Source: a virus
IMG/VR virus record: IMGVR_UViG_3300042988_001309
Coordinates: 30,094-94,093 of that record
Reading direction: 5' to 3' (one strand)
DNA length: 64,000 bases
Under the pieces are notes generated by a model that ran no database searches, was not told where the DNA came from, and saw only the letters and a program-made list of their open reading frames with translations. Position 1 is the first letter of the stretch. Each line of letters starts with the position of its first letter. A program made the translations under genes and the position numbers. Shown piece after piece: positions 8,969-20,800 of the stretch.

Positions 8969-11900
8969 AGGACTGGGAACGGCGAGCCCAGCTCTATGAG
9001 GCGTCGCTCGCCAAGATCATCCGGGCCCATCTGACCCGCCAAGAGCGCGTCGTCATCGAGAAGCTCGGTGGCGCCAAGACCCGCCAGCGCTACGACCGTC
9101 ACCTGGAGGCCAAGGCCCGGTTCGGCAACTCCGGCACGGCTCAGCTCACCCCGGCCCGCCTGGCCAGCTTGATGGCCTCTGCCGCTGTGCCCGGCCGCCC
9201 CGGCGCCGCGGCGCGAGCCACCCTCACCCGGTTTGGCGTGAACTGGCAGACCGGCAAGCCCCTCGCCGGTGGCGCCCCCTCGACGCCCGCCCCGAGCGCC
9301 CCGAGCGCACCGAACACCCCGAGCGTGCCCTCGGCACCGAGCGGCCCGCCGCCATCGCCGCTCAAGATGGTCACCACGCTGATGGGCAACTTCGCGCCCG
9401 GCACGCCGCCCTCCCCGTTGGGGAATGGCGTGATCCCGAACGCCCCCCAGTCGGTCCACAACAACGCCGACATCGCTGCCAAGGCCACCGGCTACGCGCC
9501 CGGCACCAACGGCTACGACCTCGCCTACTACGCCTACCTCGACGCGGCCATGGACCATGCCCGAGGCCTGTTCAAGGTCGACCCCACCACCCATGACTTC
9601 ACCGCCTCCGAACTGGCCGTCCTCGACGCGGTCGCCACCCACGCCGTCCAGAACCGCATCGCCGCCGGTGCACCATCGCTGGCGATGATCTCCCGCAACC
9701 ACTTCCCCCATGCGTTCCCGTTGGCGCCGACGAGCGCCAACCCCAACCCGCCGCTCAATGCCCCCAACACCCCGAGTGCTCCCGCCGCGCCGACGCCGCC
9801 CCCAGTGCCGTCATCGCCCACGCCGCTGGCCAACCCCGGCACGCCGACCATCGTGTTCCAGAACCCGCTGCCCATCGAGCTGCCCGGCGCGATCTATGCC
9901 AACGCCACCAACTACTTCGGGGCCAACCTCATCAACGCCTCGCCGCCCGTGGGTGCCGCGAACCCCTATCGGGCCTTCCCGAGCCAGATGGCCTATGCCA
10001 CCTACGTGGTCGGCGCCATCGAGTCGATCCAGCGCAACGGCTTCCAGGTCGATCCGGCCACCGGCGACTACGACCCGGCCGACTTCGCCAAGTTCGACGC
10101 CGACGGGGCTCACGCCACGTTCACCTACTACAAGTTCGGCACCCCGCCGCCGCTCATGGTGTCGGCCTCGCTGTGGCCGACCGGCGCCCACAGCCCCGGC
10201 GTCTCGATCACCACCACCGGCGTTGCGGTGGGTGCCCCGTCATCGCCCCCGCCACCCCCGCCGGTACTCATGGTCCCCTCGCCGATCGGCATGGTCGCCG
10301 CGGGCTCCCCGGTCTCCCCGCTGCTCGGTGGTGGCCAGCTCCCGGCGATGCCCCAGTCCATCCATGACGCCGCCAACCGTCGAGCGTTGAGCGTCGGTCT
10401 CTCTCCTGGCTTCCAGCCCGGCACCAACGGCTACGACCTCGCCTACTACGCCTACATCGACGCCGTGTACGTCCAGGCGTCCCCGATCATGGGCCAGTCC
10501 CAGGTCCACCTCGACCCCAACACCGGGGACTTCACCCCCGCCGACCTGGTGCTGCTCGACAACGTCGCCTCCAGCGTGGTGGCCAGCACCATGATTGCCG
10601 GAGTCCCCAGCTCCACCATGGTCCAGCGGGGCAACATCCCCGCCAACTTCGCCAACGGTGCCACCCCCTCGCTCAACGCCCCCAACACCCCGAGCCCGTC
10701 ATCGGGCGCCGGTGTACCCCAGGGCCCCTCGATCTCCGCCACGGTCGGCACCCCGACCCCCGCCTTCGGTGGTCCTCCGACCCCTCCGGCCGGGCCGATG
10801 CCGTACCCCGACATCCACGATGTCCCCGACCTCCCCGACCCGCCGGACACCACCCCGGTCCCCGACGACCAGATCGTGCCCACCGTGTCCGGGCTCGACG
10901 AGCTGGTGGCCATGGGCCCGATCCCGCGGGCCAAGTCGCTGGCTGCCACCGTGCAGGCCCACCGGATGCGGATGCGGGCCTGGATCGGTGGCGACCCGAT
11001 GCGCCAGGACCTGGCCGACGCCGCCGCCATGTGGATCGGCGACTACCAGCTCCCCATGCGCGAGTACCAGGAGATCCGCTCGTCGGCCGACTACCTGGCC
11101 AAGAAACCCCGGGGCATGAAGGGCGGCCGCCTGGCCATGCGCCACGCCGCCACGTTGATGGCCGCCGCGGCCACCGGGCCCGTCATCCCCCGCATGTACC
11201 GGGGGATCACCGTGACCTCCAGCGACCTGACCAACATGACCAAGCCGGGCTACCGCTTCACCGGCTCCCTCGACGCCTACTCGCTCAACCGGGACCGGGC
11301 GCTGGCGTTCGGGAACCTGCGCTCCACCAGCGGCTACGGCGGTGGCAACAACCTGGTGATCATCGAGATCGACGGCGGCCACGGCGTGCCGGTCAGCCCC
11401 TTGTCGCACGCCACCGGCGCGGTGAGCTACCTCGACGCCGAGGAGATCCTGTCGTCGGGTGTGTGGGAGACCGTGTCGTCCTCGACCGCGTCCGAGACCC
11501 CGATGACCATGGTGCGCGACGGCATGACCCCCGGATCGAGCCCTCGGACGGTCACCACCATCCGGGTCCGCCAGATCGTGCGCGGCTACGACCCGGTCAC
11601 CGGCGACGAGATCCCCGTCATTGCCCCCGCTGCCGCCACCAAGGCCGCCCGGCGCGACTACCCCGAGATCATTCCGCACGAACCGATGTACCCGAAACCC
11701 AGCGACTTCACCCCCGACCAGGAGGCGATGAACCTGCTGGTGTGGGTGGACGACGGCATCGAGCTGCCCGAGGTCAAGGGCATCCACCTGCCCGGCATCT
11801 TCGACGTGGCTGCGTTCGCCAAGCGACTCATCGACGACGCCCTCGACTGGCTCAAGCTCATGTACGGCGACTGGGGGAGCGCCACGGCCCGTCATCTCGG

Positions 11901-14505
11901 CGCCGCCGACTGGAACCCCCGCGACCCCGCCGTGGTGCAGGCCATCGAGAACCAGGCCGAGCGGATGCGCGGCGTGGCCGAGACCACCTACAAGCTCATC
12001 GAACAGCGCATCGCCGAGGCCGAGGCCGAGGACCTCCCGATGCCCGACATCGTCGACCGGGTCGCCGCCGACTTCGCCCGCCAGCGCGAGACCCGTGCCG
12101 AGACGATCGCGGTGACCGAGGTCTCCGCGGCGGCCAACACCGCCAGCTTCCTGGCCGCCAACCAGATCCCTGGCGCCACGCTCACCAAGACGTGGTGGAC
12201 GATGCAGGACGAGCGGGTCCGCCCCGCCCACCGCCACGCCCATGGCCAGGTGGCCGACGTGATGGAGCCCTTCGTCGTCGGTGGCGTGCCGATGATGTTC
12301 CCCCACGACCCGTCCGCCCCGCTGCACCTGATCATCAACTGCCGGTGCCGGATCATCTGGAAGCCGGTGTACGTGATGACCGGAGCGACCGCTCCCAACC
12401 CGGCGCTGGCCAAGGCGTGGTCCAGCCGTCATGGCCAGTCCAAGGCCCGCTTCGGCAACCGGGGCGGGGCTCAGCTCACCCCGGTGGCCCTTGCCCGGCT
12501 CCTGGCCTCGGCGGCCACCCCCGGCAAGCCCGGCGCCGCCGCCCGCGCCACCCTCACCCGGTTCGGGGCCCGTGTCCCCGCCCCGGCGCCGGTGCCGACC
12601 CCGGGAGGCTCGCTCGACGCCGTCAAGGCCCGCATCGCCGCTCTCCACGCCTCCGGGCCCCAGGCTTCGTGGTTCGGGGCGCAACGGCTGCGCAACCAGA
12701 TCGACCCCAACGACCCGGCCAGCCGGGAACGAGCCGTGCAGGCCACCATCGACGTGATGCTGGGCCGAGGCCAACTCGACTACGACCGGATCATGACCGA
12801 CGACGGCCTCAACGCCATCCGGGACCTCATCGACAAGCGCCTGGCCGGACAACCGCCCAAGGGCCGCATCGGCGCGATCGTCGAGGAGACCTTGAACCGG
12901 CGCATGGGCGCCGCGCTGCGCGACGTGGACCCCGACGAGGTCGCCTCGATGATGGCCAGCCGCTACCTGCCCACCCAGGGCGACTGGGACGACAAGGCCA
13001 TCCGCCAGCGCGACCGTGACTACGCCGCCGCGGCTGCCCGTCATGTCCTGGCCGACTACCTGACCCGCACCACGTCGAACTGGCCGCCCGCTCCGGCCGG
13101 GATGGACGACACCCGCCGGGACCTGATCCGCGACTCGATGACCGCAGGCCTGCGCGGCACCAACGAGCCCGGCATCGCCGCCGTGCTCGCCCAGGCCCCC
13201 AGCCCCCGGGCCATGGCCAACGAGGCCGAGATCAACGCCATCGGCTCCGCCATCATCGACGCCGCCCTGTCCGACAAGGTCACCGACCAGGCCGCCCTCG
13301 ACGCCGCCTACGACGCCGCCTCGACGGCCCACCACGCCTCGATGCGAGCCCTGGCCGTCCACGACGACGCCTACGCCACCTCGGCCGCCGCTGCCGTCAT
13401 CGCCTCGTCCAACTCGATGGGGCTCCCCGACCCGCCGGTGACCGGCTGGGTGGCCATCGACACCAAGGTGGACAAGCGCCGAGGGGCGATCACCCTCATC
13501 TGGGGCAACGGTGGGGACACCTTGTCGATGCGGATCACCGCCCACGGCAACATCCACGCCCGCTACACCTCCGCCGGTGGGGTCGAGCGTGACGCCAGCC
13601 CGGCCATCTCCGACCAGGCCGCCTACGACGCCCTCGCCCAGGCCTCGGCCGACCTCCAGACCATGCGGGCCGCCTACGACGCCAGGGGCATGTACGGCAT
13701 CCGCCGGGTCGAGCGCGACGCCATCTTCGACGCCCTCGGCCAGATCCGCCCGTTCGCCAAGGGCCGCACCCCCCTCGTCGCCACCGACAACACGCCCATC
13801 GCCCACAACTTCGGCAGGGGCCACGGCGCCCCGCCGCCGGACCAGACGGTGATCGACGCCCTCACCTGGGCCACCGACTACTACCCGAGCGACTGGGTCG
13901 ACGCCGGTGACGCCAACGGCCCGGTGTACGGGATGGGCTTCGACCGGCGCGGGTTCTTCACCCAGGTCCCCGACCCGAGCGGCAAGATGGTGCCCGTCAT
14001 CATCGCCAGTCGGTCGGACCCGAGCCCGCTGGTGGAAGGTGGCGGCACCCCCGAGTTCAACGAGACCATGGCCCATGAGTACGGGCACTACATGGAGATG
14101 GTGATCCCCGGCCTGACCGACGCCGAATACGCCCTGTGGTATCGCCGCACCAACGGCGGCGAGGGGGCCATCTCGATGAACGAGGCCGAGGGGGTCCCCG
14201 CTCAACTCCAGGCCATGGGCATGGGCTATGGGCCCGAGGAGATCACCGCCCCCGACGAGTTCCTCTACGCCTACATGGGCAAGATTTACCCTGGCGGCAC
14301 CCAGACGAACCGGGAGATGTTCACCATGGCGATCGAGTCGCTCGTCGGTGGCCGCGGCGGCAAGCTCCCCGACGGCTCCCGGCCCAAGAGCTTCGTCCAG
14401 GGCGACCGGGACATGGCCAACTGGCTCGTCGGCCTGCTGGCCACGCTCAACCTCGGACCGGGCAACACCGCCACCACCTCGACCACTGCCGGAGCGCCGT
14501 CATGA
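8947..14505 (+). CDS. MuF (SPP1 gp7-like) minor head polyvalent protein: motif, Pro-rich repeats, ART-like, MuF, motif, zincin HExxH
   Basis: MuF: RAETIAVTEV...KTWWTMQDERVRPAH...INCRC (~12090-12350); ART: MYRG (11197)...AYS...AEEIL; MAHEYGHYME (14074). Confidence 0.85.
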   Translation: MDDAAWVEDWERRAQLYEASLAKIIRAHLTRQERVVIEKLGGAKTRQRYDRHLEAKARFGNSGTAQLTPARLASLMASAAVPGRPGAAARATLTRFGVNWQTGKPLAGGAPSTPAPSAPSAPNTPSVPSAPSGPPPSPLKMVTTLMGNFAPGTPPSPLGNGVIPNAPQSVHNNADIAAKATGYAPGTNGYDLAYYAYLDAAMDHARGLFKVDPTTHDFTASELAVLDAVATHAVQNRIAAGAPSLAMISRNHFPHAFPLAPTSANPNPPLNAPNTPSAPAAPTPPPVPSSPTPLANPGTPTIVFQNPLPIELPGAIYANATNYFGANLINASPPVGAANPYRAFPSQMAYATYVVGAIESIQRNGFQVDPATGDYDPADFAKFDADGAHATFTYYKFGTPPPLMVSASLWPTGAHSPGVSITTTGVAVGAPSSPPPPPPVLMVPSPIGMVAAGSPVSPLLGGGQLPAMPQSIHDAANRRALSVGLSPGFQPGTNGYDLAYYAYIDAVYVQASPIMGQSQVHLDPNTGDFTPADLVLLDNVASSVVASTMIAGVPSSTMVQRGNIPANFANGATPSLNAPNTPSPSSGAGVPQGPSISATVGTPTPAFGGPPTPPAGPMPYPDIHDVPDLPDPPDTTPVPDDQIVPTVSGLDELVAMGPIPRAKSLAATVQAHRMRMRAWIGGDPMRQDLADAAAMWIGDYQLPMREYQEIRSSADYLAKKPRGMKGGRLAMRHAATLMAAAATGPVIPRMYRGITVTSSDLTNMTKPGYRFTGSLDAYSLNRDRALAFGNLRSTSGYGGGNNLVIIEIDGGHGVPVSPLSHATGAVSYLDAEEILSSGVWETVSSSTASETPMTMVRDGMTPGSSPRTVTTIRVRQIVRGYDPVTGDEIPVIAPAAATKAARRDYPEIIPHEPMYPKPSDFTPDQEAMNLLVWVDDGIELPEVKGIHLPGIFDVAAFAKRLIDDALDWLKLMYGDWGSATARHLGAADWNPRDPAVVQAIENQAERMRGVAETTYKLIEQRIAEAEAEDLPMPDIVDRVAADFARQRETRAETIAVTEVSAAANTASFLAANQIPGATLTKTWWTMQDERVRPAHRHAHGQVADVMEPFVVGGVPMMFPHDPSAPLHLIINCRCRIIWKPVYVMTGATAPNPALAKAWSSRHGQSKARFGNRGGAQLTPVALARLLASAATPGKPGAAARATLTRFGARVPAPAPVPTPGGSLDAVKARIAALHASGPQASWFGAQRLRNQIDPNDPASRERAVQATIDVMLGRGQLDYDRIMTDDGLNAIRDLIDKRLAGQPPKGRIGAIVEETLNRRMGAALRDVDPDEVASMMASRYLPTQGDWDDKAIRQRDRDYAAAAARHVLADYLTRTTSNWPPAPAGMDDTRRDLIRDSMTAGLRGTNEPGIAAVLAQAPSPRAMANEAEINAIGSAIIDAALSDKVTDQAALDAAYDAASTAHHASMRALAVHDDAYATSAAAAVIASSNSMGLPDPPVTGWVAIDTKVDKRRGAITLIWGNGGDTLSMRITAHGNIHARYTSAGGVERDASPAISDQAAYDALAQASADLQTMRAAYDARGMYGIRRVERDAIFDALGQIRPFAKGRTPLVATDNTPIAHNFGRGHGAPPPDQTVIDALTWATDYYPSDWVDAGDANGPVYGMGFDRRGFFTQVPDPSGKMVPVIIASRSDPSPLVEGGGTPEFNETMAHEYGHYMEMVIPGLTDAEYALWYRRTNGGEGAISMNEAEGVPAQLQAMGMGYGPEEITAPDEFLYAYMGKIYPGGTQTNREMFTMAIESLVGGRGGKLPDGSRPKSFVQGDRDMANWLVGLLATLNLGPGNTATTSTTAGAPS
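9112..9237 (+). repeat. RATLTRF protein motif copy 1 of 8
   Basis: EAK|ARFGNSGTAQLTPARLASLMASAAVPGRPGAAARATLTRFG. Confidence 0.95.
12442..12567 (+). repeat. RATLTRF motif copy 2
   Basis: QSK|ARFGNRGGAQLTPVALARLLASAATPGKPGAAARATLTRFG. Confidence 0.95.
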
Positions 14506-14807
14506 GGAAGCTCAAGGTCAACGACAACGCCGGGCATTGGATCGCGGTCGTCGACCTCGACGGCCAGCTCACCTGGTCCTACGCCCTGCCGGAGATCGGC
14601 GAGTACCACCAGGAACTGATCGAGTGGGGCCGCCCGTGCGCGTGGGGGGAGCGCACCGTGGCCGCCACCGACGTGCCCGGCGAGCCCGGCTTCATCCCGG
14701 CGATCTATGAGGCCCTCGGCTGGCGCCCCTACATCGCCGAGGCGGTGGGGGACTGGTCGGGCTCGATGCCCGATCCCGGCGACCTCCCCGACGGCGCGGT
14801 GCCCTGA
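14502..14807 (+). CDS. small hypothetical protein (candidate immunity/partner of the upstream cargo)
   Basis: ATGA overlap with the MuF gene; MRKLKVNDNAGHW... Confidence 0.6.
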   Translation: MRKLKVNDNAGHWIAVVDLDGQLTWSYALPEIGEYHQELIEWGRPCAWGERTVAATDVPGEPGFIPAIYEALGWRPYIAEAVGDWSGSMPDPGDLPDGAVP

Positions 14808-14849
14808 CCGTCACCAGGTCAACCCGGCATCATCGGCAACGATGGTGGC

Positions 14850-17800
14850 ATGGCGTTCGTGTGGAGATGGGCCCCCGGTGAAGTGAAGGCCACGGTGGCA
14901 GGGACGGCCAACCGTTTCGGCAACCTCGGTGGCTCCCAGATCAACGCCGCCAAACTCGTCTCGCTGGTGACCCGAGCCGCTGTGCCCGGCCGCCCCGGCG
15001 CCGCGGCGCGAGCCACCCTCACCCGGTTCGGCTACGACGCCGCTGGCAACCCACTGTCGGGGCAAGGGCCCACGGTCGCCCAGATGGCCGCGGCGGCCAA
15101 CGTCCCCGGCCCCAACGTCCCCAACGCCCCGAGCCCGTCATCGCCCAACGCCCCTGGTGCGCCCTCGACCCCGAACGCACCCAGCGCCCCCTCTGCGCCG
15201 TTGCCGCCCCCCCAGCCGACGGCGCCGAACGCCCCCGGCCCGGTGTCGTCCTCCACGCCTGGGCCGGGGGCACCTTCCGCCGCTGCGCTGCCAGCGATGC
15301 CCTCGGTGCCCGGCTCGGTGGCCGGTGCGAACACGGTGCCCGTGCTCGACGCCAACGGCTCACCCCGCCCCGTCATGACGGTCGACAAGGTCGACGACTT
15401 CCCGACCTCCAACGCCATCGTCGACTCCTCGATCATCCTGTCCGACGCCCTCACCGAGGTGGTGACCACCATGGGTGGCACCTACGGCGACGACACCCCC
15501 GAGAACTACACGGCGGTCAACGCCTTCGTGACCGAGGCCGCCCAGACCCTGGTGGACCTCGACCTGGCCGCCAACTTCGACGCCGGGCTCGGCGCCAACC
15601 ACCGCCCCTGGCCCACGGCCGACCAGCTCTACACCGCCGTCACCCGTGGCTACCAGGCGGCCTGGCAGTCGGTGGCCAAGCTCCACGGCGACACCCCGAG
15701 CGACCAGAGCACGACCGACGAGGTGCTCACCCCCGGGCCGGGATGGCACTCGCCGATGACCGGCCGGGACTACCCCGGGATGCCCGCCGACGTGCCCCTG
15801 CCCGACTACTTCGACAACGTCACCATGGGGCCCGAGCCCACCTTGCCGAGCGGCTCCCCGCGGCCCCCGCTGCGCCTCCCCGATCCCAATCTGCCCCAAC
15901 GGCCGACCGTCATCGTCAACCAGGACGGCCGCCTGTTCAGCCTCATGGCCTCGATCTCCTCGGCGTTCCGCACCACCTACGGCAAGGACTCCCCGGAGCG
16001 CCGCATCGCCATCGGCGCGTTCCTGGCCGAGACCTCCCAGAGCGCCACCGACTTCGGCTTCAAGCCCACGGGCTGGGGCTCGTTCGCCAACGGCAAGAGC
16101 CCGACCGACGAACAGCTCATGGTCATCGCCGACCGGGGCCGCCGCTCGGCGTTCCAGTCGGTCGCCGACTTCCACGACGCCCAGCTCGCCCCCGCGGCCG
16201 TCACCGAGCGCGACGACATCTATCTGCCCGACCGGGGCGAGCAGACGATCAAGGTCAACTCGCTCACCGACGTGGTCGACGACGCCACGCTGCCCTACGT
16301 TGAGATCCCGCCGAGCTGGGGCAACGGCGGCCCGGGAGCCGCCAAGAGGCCCTCCGACGCCGAGCTGGCGTGGAAGTTCTCCCTCGACTACGGCGCCCCC
16401 GGAACGGTCGCTCAGCGCCTCGCCTACAACACCTGGGCCGTGTGGGCCTCCAAGTGGCGACGCAACGACCCCGCCAAGTACCGGGTCCTGGCGATGTCGA
16501 CGGCCGAGGCCCAAGGCATCGAGGAGAACGCCCGGTTCGACATGGTGACCAGGGTCCTGGCCCACCCCTCGACCGAGGCCATCGCCGTGCCCGGCTCGCG
16601 TTCGGTGCAAGACACCGAGCACCGCGAGTGGGTCGAGCTGCCCGCTGGCGCCGGAGCCCCCGACCCCAGGGCCAACCCGGGCAAGACCTACACCGCCGCC
16701 GGACTGCGCGATGGGTCGGACCCCTACGTCCCCCGCCCGGTCGGGCTGGCCCGCTCGGGGAGCGCGTTCGACAAGCTCATCGACAACCCCATCGACGCCG
16801 AGTGGATGACCAGCCACGGCTATCCACCCGACCCGGTGCTCCTCGCCGTGGCCCAGTCGGCGTGGGCCGATGCGGTGAACGAGCGGACCTTCTACGCCGA
16901 GCGCAGGGGCTACTCCGTCATCCCCTCGATCAACACCATCGTCCTCGACGCCGAGACCGACATCGCTCGACGCCTGGCCGACGCCCAGTGGTCGCGCACC
17001 CAGGACCCGCCGGTGCCGATCAACCTCGGCTGGGGAGACGGTGTCAAGGACGACGACTACTCGGTGCTCACCGACCCGTACCTGTTCGGGCCCAACGGCC
17101 GCACCGGCGCCAAGAACCTGTGGGACCTCAACTTCGACGCCTGGGAGAAGATGGGCGGGGACCGTAGCTCCGTCATCGCCCGGAGCACCCAGCTCATCGC
17201 CGACCACAAGTACGCGCCCGACGACGTGACCCCGCTGCTGCGCACCGACTTCCGGCGCGGCTCACCGGCGATCGACATCCCCCACGACTACCTCGACGCC
17301 TACCTCAAGACCGGCGGCATGGACGTGGCCCGCCGGGACCGCTCGGTGCTCGCCCAGAACGACCAGTTCGCCATGCTCTCGTTCACCCCCGACTCGGCCT
17401 ATGCCCAGTGGATTGCCGTGGACATCGCCAAGCGCCGCGTCGACGGCGAGGCGACCCGTCATGACGACATGATCCAGGCCCGCATCGACGACGCCACGGC
17501 CCAGGACCTGATCGCCTTCGCCCAGGGGCTCGCCGGTGTCGATGTCAGCGACCCGACCGCCCCCCAGTACCCGGCCGGGCGCGACACCTACATCGTGGCC
17601 CTGGCCGCCATGGGCAACCAGTTCGACCAGCTCCCCAAGATCATCTCCGGCAACGACATCGACGCCGCCAAGGCCGCCGCCGTGACCGCCGTCAAGGCCG
17701 CCTCGATGGCGCAGTTGCCTGGCCTGGAAGCCGCCCTCGCCTTCGCCAAGTCCGGCGACCCCAACGACGACTACGGCTGGGCCGACCTCGACGCCGAGTA

Positions 17801-20800
17801 CCAGGCGATCAAGATGGCCATCGGCCCCGCCGCGGCACGCGCCTACCTCGCCGGTGGGCTCTCCCTGGTCGCTCAGGAAGGCAACACGCTCGCCCAGCCG
17901 CGCGACAACGCCCGCGGCGTGCTGGCCCGTGTCCTGGAAGCGCGTGACGCCCAGACCCCGCTCGACCCGACGCTCATCTCCGCCCTGCTGGCCGTCAACC
18001 CCGAGCTGCTCCCGATCCAGTACCGGCCGGTGGTGCGCCAGCCTCGGGTCACCCTCAACCTCGTCGGCGACCCGCTGCCGCCGGTGAAGGTGGGCCTCCC
18101 CATCGGTGGGCCCGACCCGGCATCGCTGATGCCGTCACTCGACGTGACGCTCCCACCGCCGGTGGCGCTCCCCGCCGCCGACGCCGACCTCTCGATCCCT
18201 GCCGGGCCTGATCTGACCGGCACGCCGCCGGTGCAGATGTTGGCCGAGATCGAGGTGGGCAACCGCATGGCCCACGCCAACGGCGAGCCCCGGCCGTGGC
18301 TGATGGAGAGGGCGGCCAGCGCTCTGGCCAACGCCATCGAGGGCTACGTCTGGGAGACCTGGGACGGTGGGCCGGGAAGCGCCCACGACCAGAAGTTCAA
18401 CACCCAACAGGTCGACGTGCCCGCCGGTGAGGCCGTCATCCGCCTGCTGTCGAGGGACGTGACCAACTTCGGGATGGTCACCGACGTGGCCCGCCAGAGT
18501 GCCACGGCCGAGATCGTCGGCAAGATGGTCGACTCCTGGAACGGCGACCAATACAGCTTCCGCTACGGGTCCAACAAGCCCCCCACGGGCCTGTCCGGTC
18601 CGGCCATGGCCGACGTGGCCATCAACCTCGTCAACAAGTTGCTCGGCGACCCCGGCCCTGACGCCAACCCCGAGCCCGGCCGCCCGAACCGTGGCTGGGT
18701 GGGCCGCGCCGACTCCAACATGCGCATGATGATGGCCCTCGCCATGGTCCCCAAGGTCCGCGACGACGGGACGATCTCCGGGCGGGGCGAGCGCCTGGTG
18801 TTCCAGGCCCTCGACACGATCTCCAAGGCCCAGCTCAACGAGCTGGGCGGCCGCTACGACCTCACCAAGCTGTCGATGCCCTCGATCGACCAGCTCCGCG
18901 GCATGAAGTTCTTTCGCCCGGTGGCGGCCACCTACCAGCGGGCCGTGCTCAACGGCGACGACCCGATCGCCGCGGTCGACGCCCTCATCGACAACATCGG
19001 GCCGCTCAACCTCGCCGTCACGGGGTCCACCAGCTACGACTCGCCGACCCAGAAACTGCGCTTCCACGACCTGATGCAGCAGGCCGGGAACGGCATCGTG
19101 CGCGCTGCGCTCCCGCCGCACAGTTCGGCGCCGGGCACCGGCGCCAACAAGTGGCGCTTCGTCATGACCGGCGACCTCTACGTCGAGCTGGGAGTCGACA
19201 TCGGCGACCCCCAGGCGACCACGATCGAGTTCACCATGGCCTGGAACGCCGCCATGGCCAAGCTCGACGAGTACGACAAGAAGTACCCCGGCATCAAGGA
19301 CAGCCCCGAGGCGTTCACCTCGGCCCGGTTGTCGGGCGCCCGCAAGGCGATGCTCAACGCCGCCAAGAAAGAATGGGACGCCCTCCAGAACGGCTCGCGC
19401 AAGCCGCTCAAGCTCACCGACTACTCGGCGGTGCCGAGGGCCAAGTCGCCCGACCCGGCGCTCGATCCCCAGCTGGCGATCATCGCCCCCGGCTCCGGCC
19501 CGGTCGTCGTCCCCTACTGGCTCGACGCCAAACAGCTCCCCAACACCAAGGCCTACTTCGACGCCCGAGGCGCCGCTGGGGACCGGGGCCGCAAGGTGGC
19601 TGGCCGCGAGGTGTCCGGGGCGCTCGACGCCCGCTACGCCAACGACCCGGCGGGACGGGCCGACCTCGACGACCTGATCGGCGCGGTCACCGTCGGGCTC
19701 CCCGGCGACAAGGTCGGCGATGTCACCTTGGCCGCCTACTCGGCCGCCGCCAACCCGGCCGCCATCCACCCCCTCGACGCCGCCTACAACGCCGCGGCCG
19801 AGATGGTCATGACCTACAAGCTCGACCGTGCCACGGCCGACGTGAACAGCCAGGGCGACCTGCCCGGCCTCAACGACATCGAGTCGGCGATCTCCGACGA
19901 CGGCAACCGGGCCGTCATCTCGGCGATCTATCGGGCCCAGATCAACGCCAACGCCCGCCCGGTGGTCAACACCCTCGTCGCCGCCCAGACCCTGGTGCGC
20001 CACGGGCAGATGAACCAGAGCGAATACGACTCCCTGGTGAACGTGGTGCAGTCCACCTACCGCCAGCGAGCCATGGCGTCCTCGTTCGCCGCCGCCCGAG
20101 CCCGCATCGGGGCGATCAACACCGCCACCTACAGCGGCATCGCCTACGACGACCCGGCAGTGGCTCACGCCATGGCCAAGGTCGCCGAGTTCGACATCGT
20201 CGCCGACATCCCCGACGAGTCCAAGGTGGTGGCCACCAACGCCGCCATCGCCGTCATCGCCGCCGCCGACATCTTGAACCCCGGCTGGGAGTTCGACGAC
20301 GACCTCAAGGGCCAGGTCTGGAACGCCGCCACCGACGCCGCCAACGCCGCCCATGAGCTGCGCTCCAACGGCGAGCCGACCTCGATGGTGTTCAACCCCG
20401 ACGGGGCGCTCACCTTCCTCGGCTACGGCGACCGGGCCCCCGAGCAGATCCTCGACGGGACGGTCCACCACGTCCTGGCCCGGCGCTCCAGCCACGTCAT
20501 GGACGTGCCGGTGGCGCTCGACTCGCACGTCAACAACGGCGCCTACTACGTGGACGACCCACTCGGCGTGCTGGCCGACGAGGCGCTCGACGAGACGATC
20601 AAGAACATGGAGCGGGGCCTGCCGGGCTCCAAGCTGGCGGCCAACATCTTGCGCGACGACGGGGGAGCGGTCTACGACGGCCTGCTCCAGGCGATCTATC
20701 TGGCCCAGGGCTACAGCGTCGAGCCCGACATCATCTCCGAGTCCGAGTGGAACCTCGACGTGCAGAGCGAGTTCGGCTTCGCCCGCGGCGTGGGCCCGGC

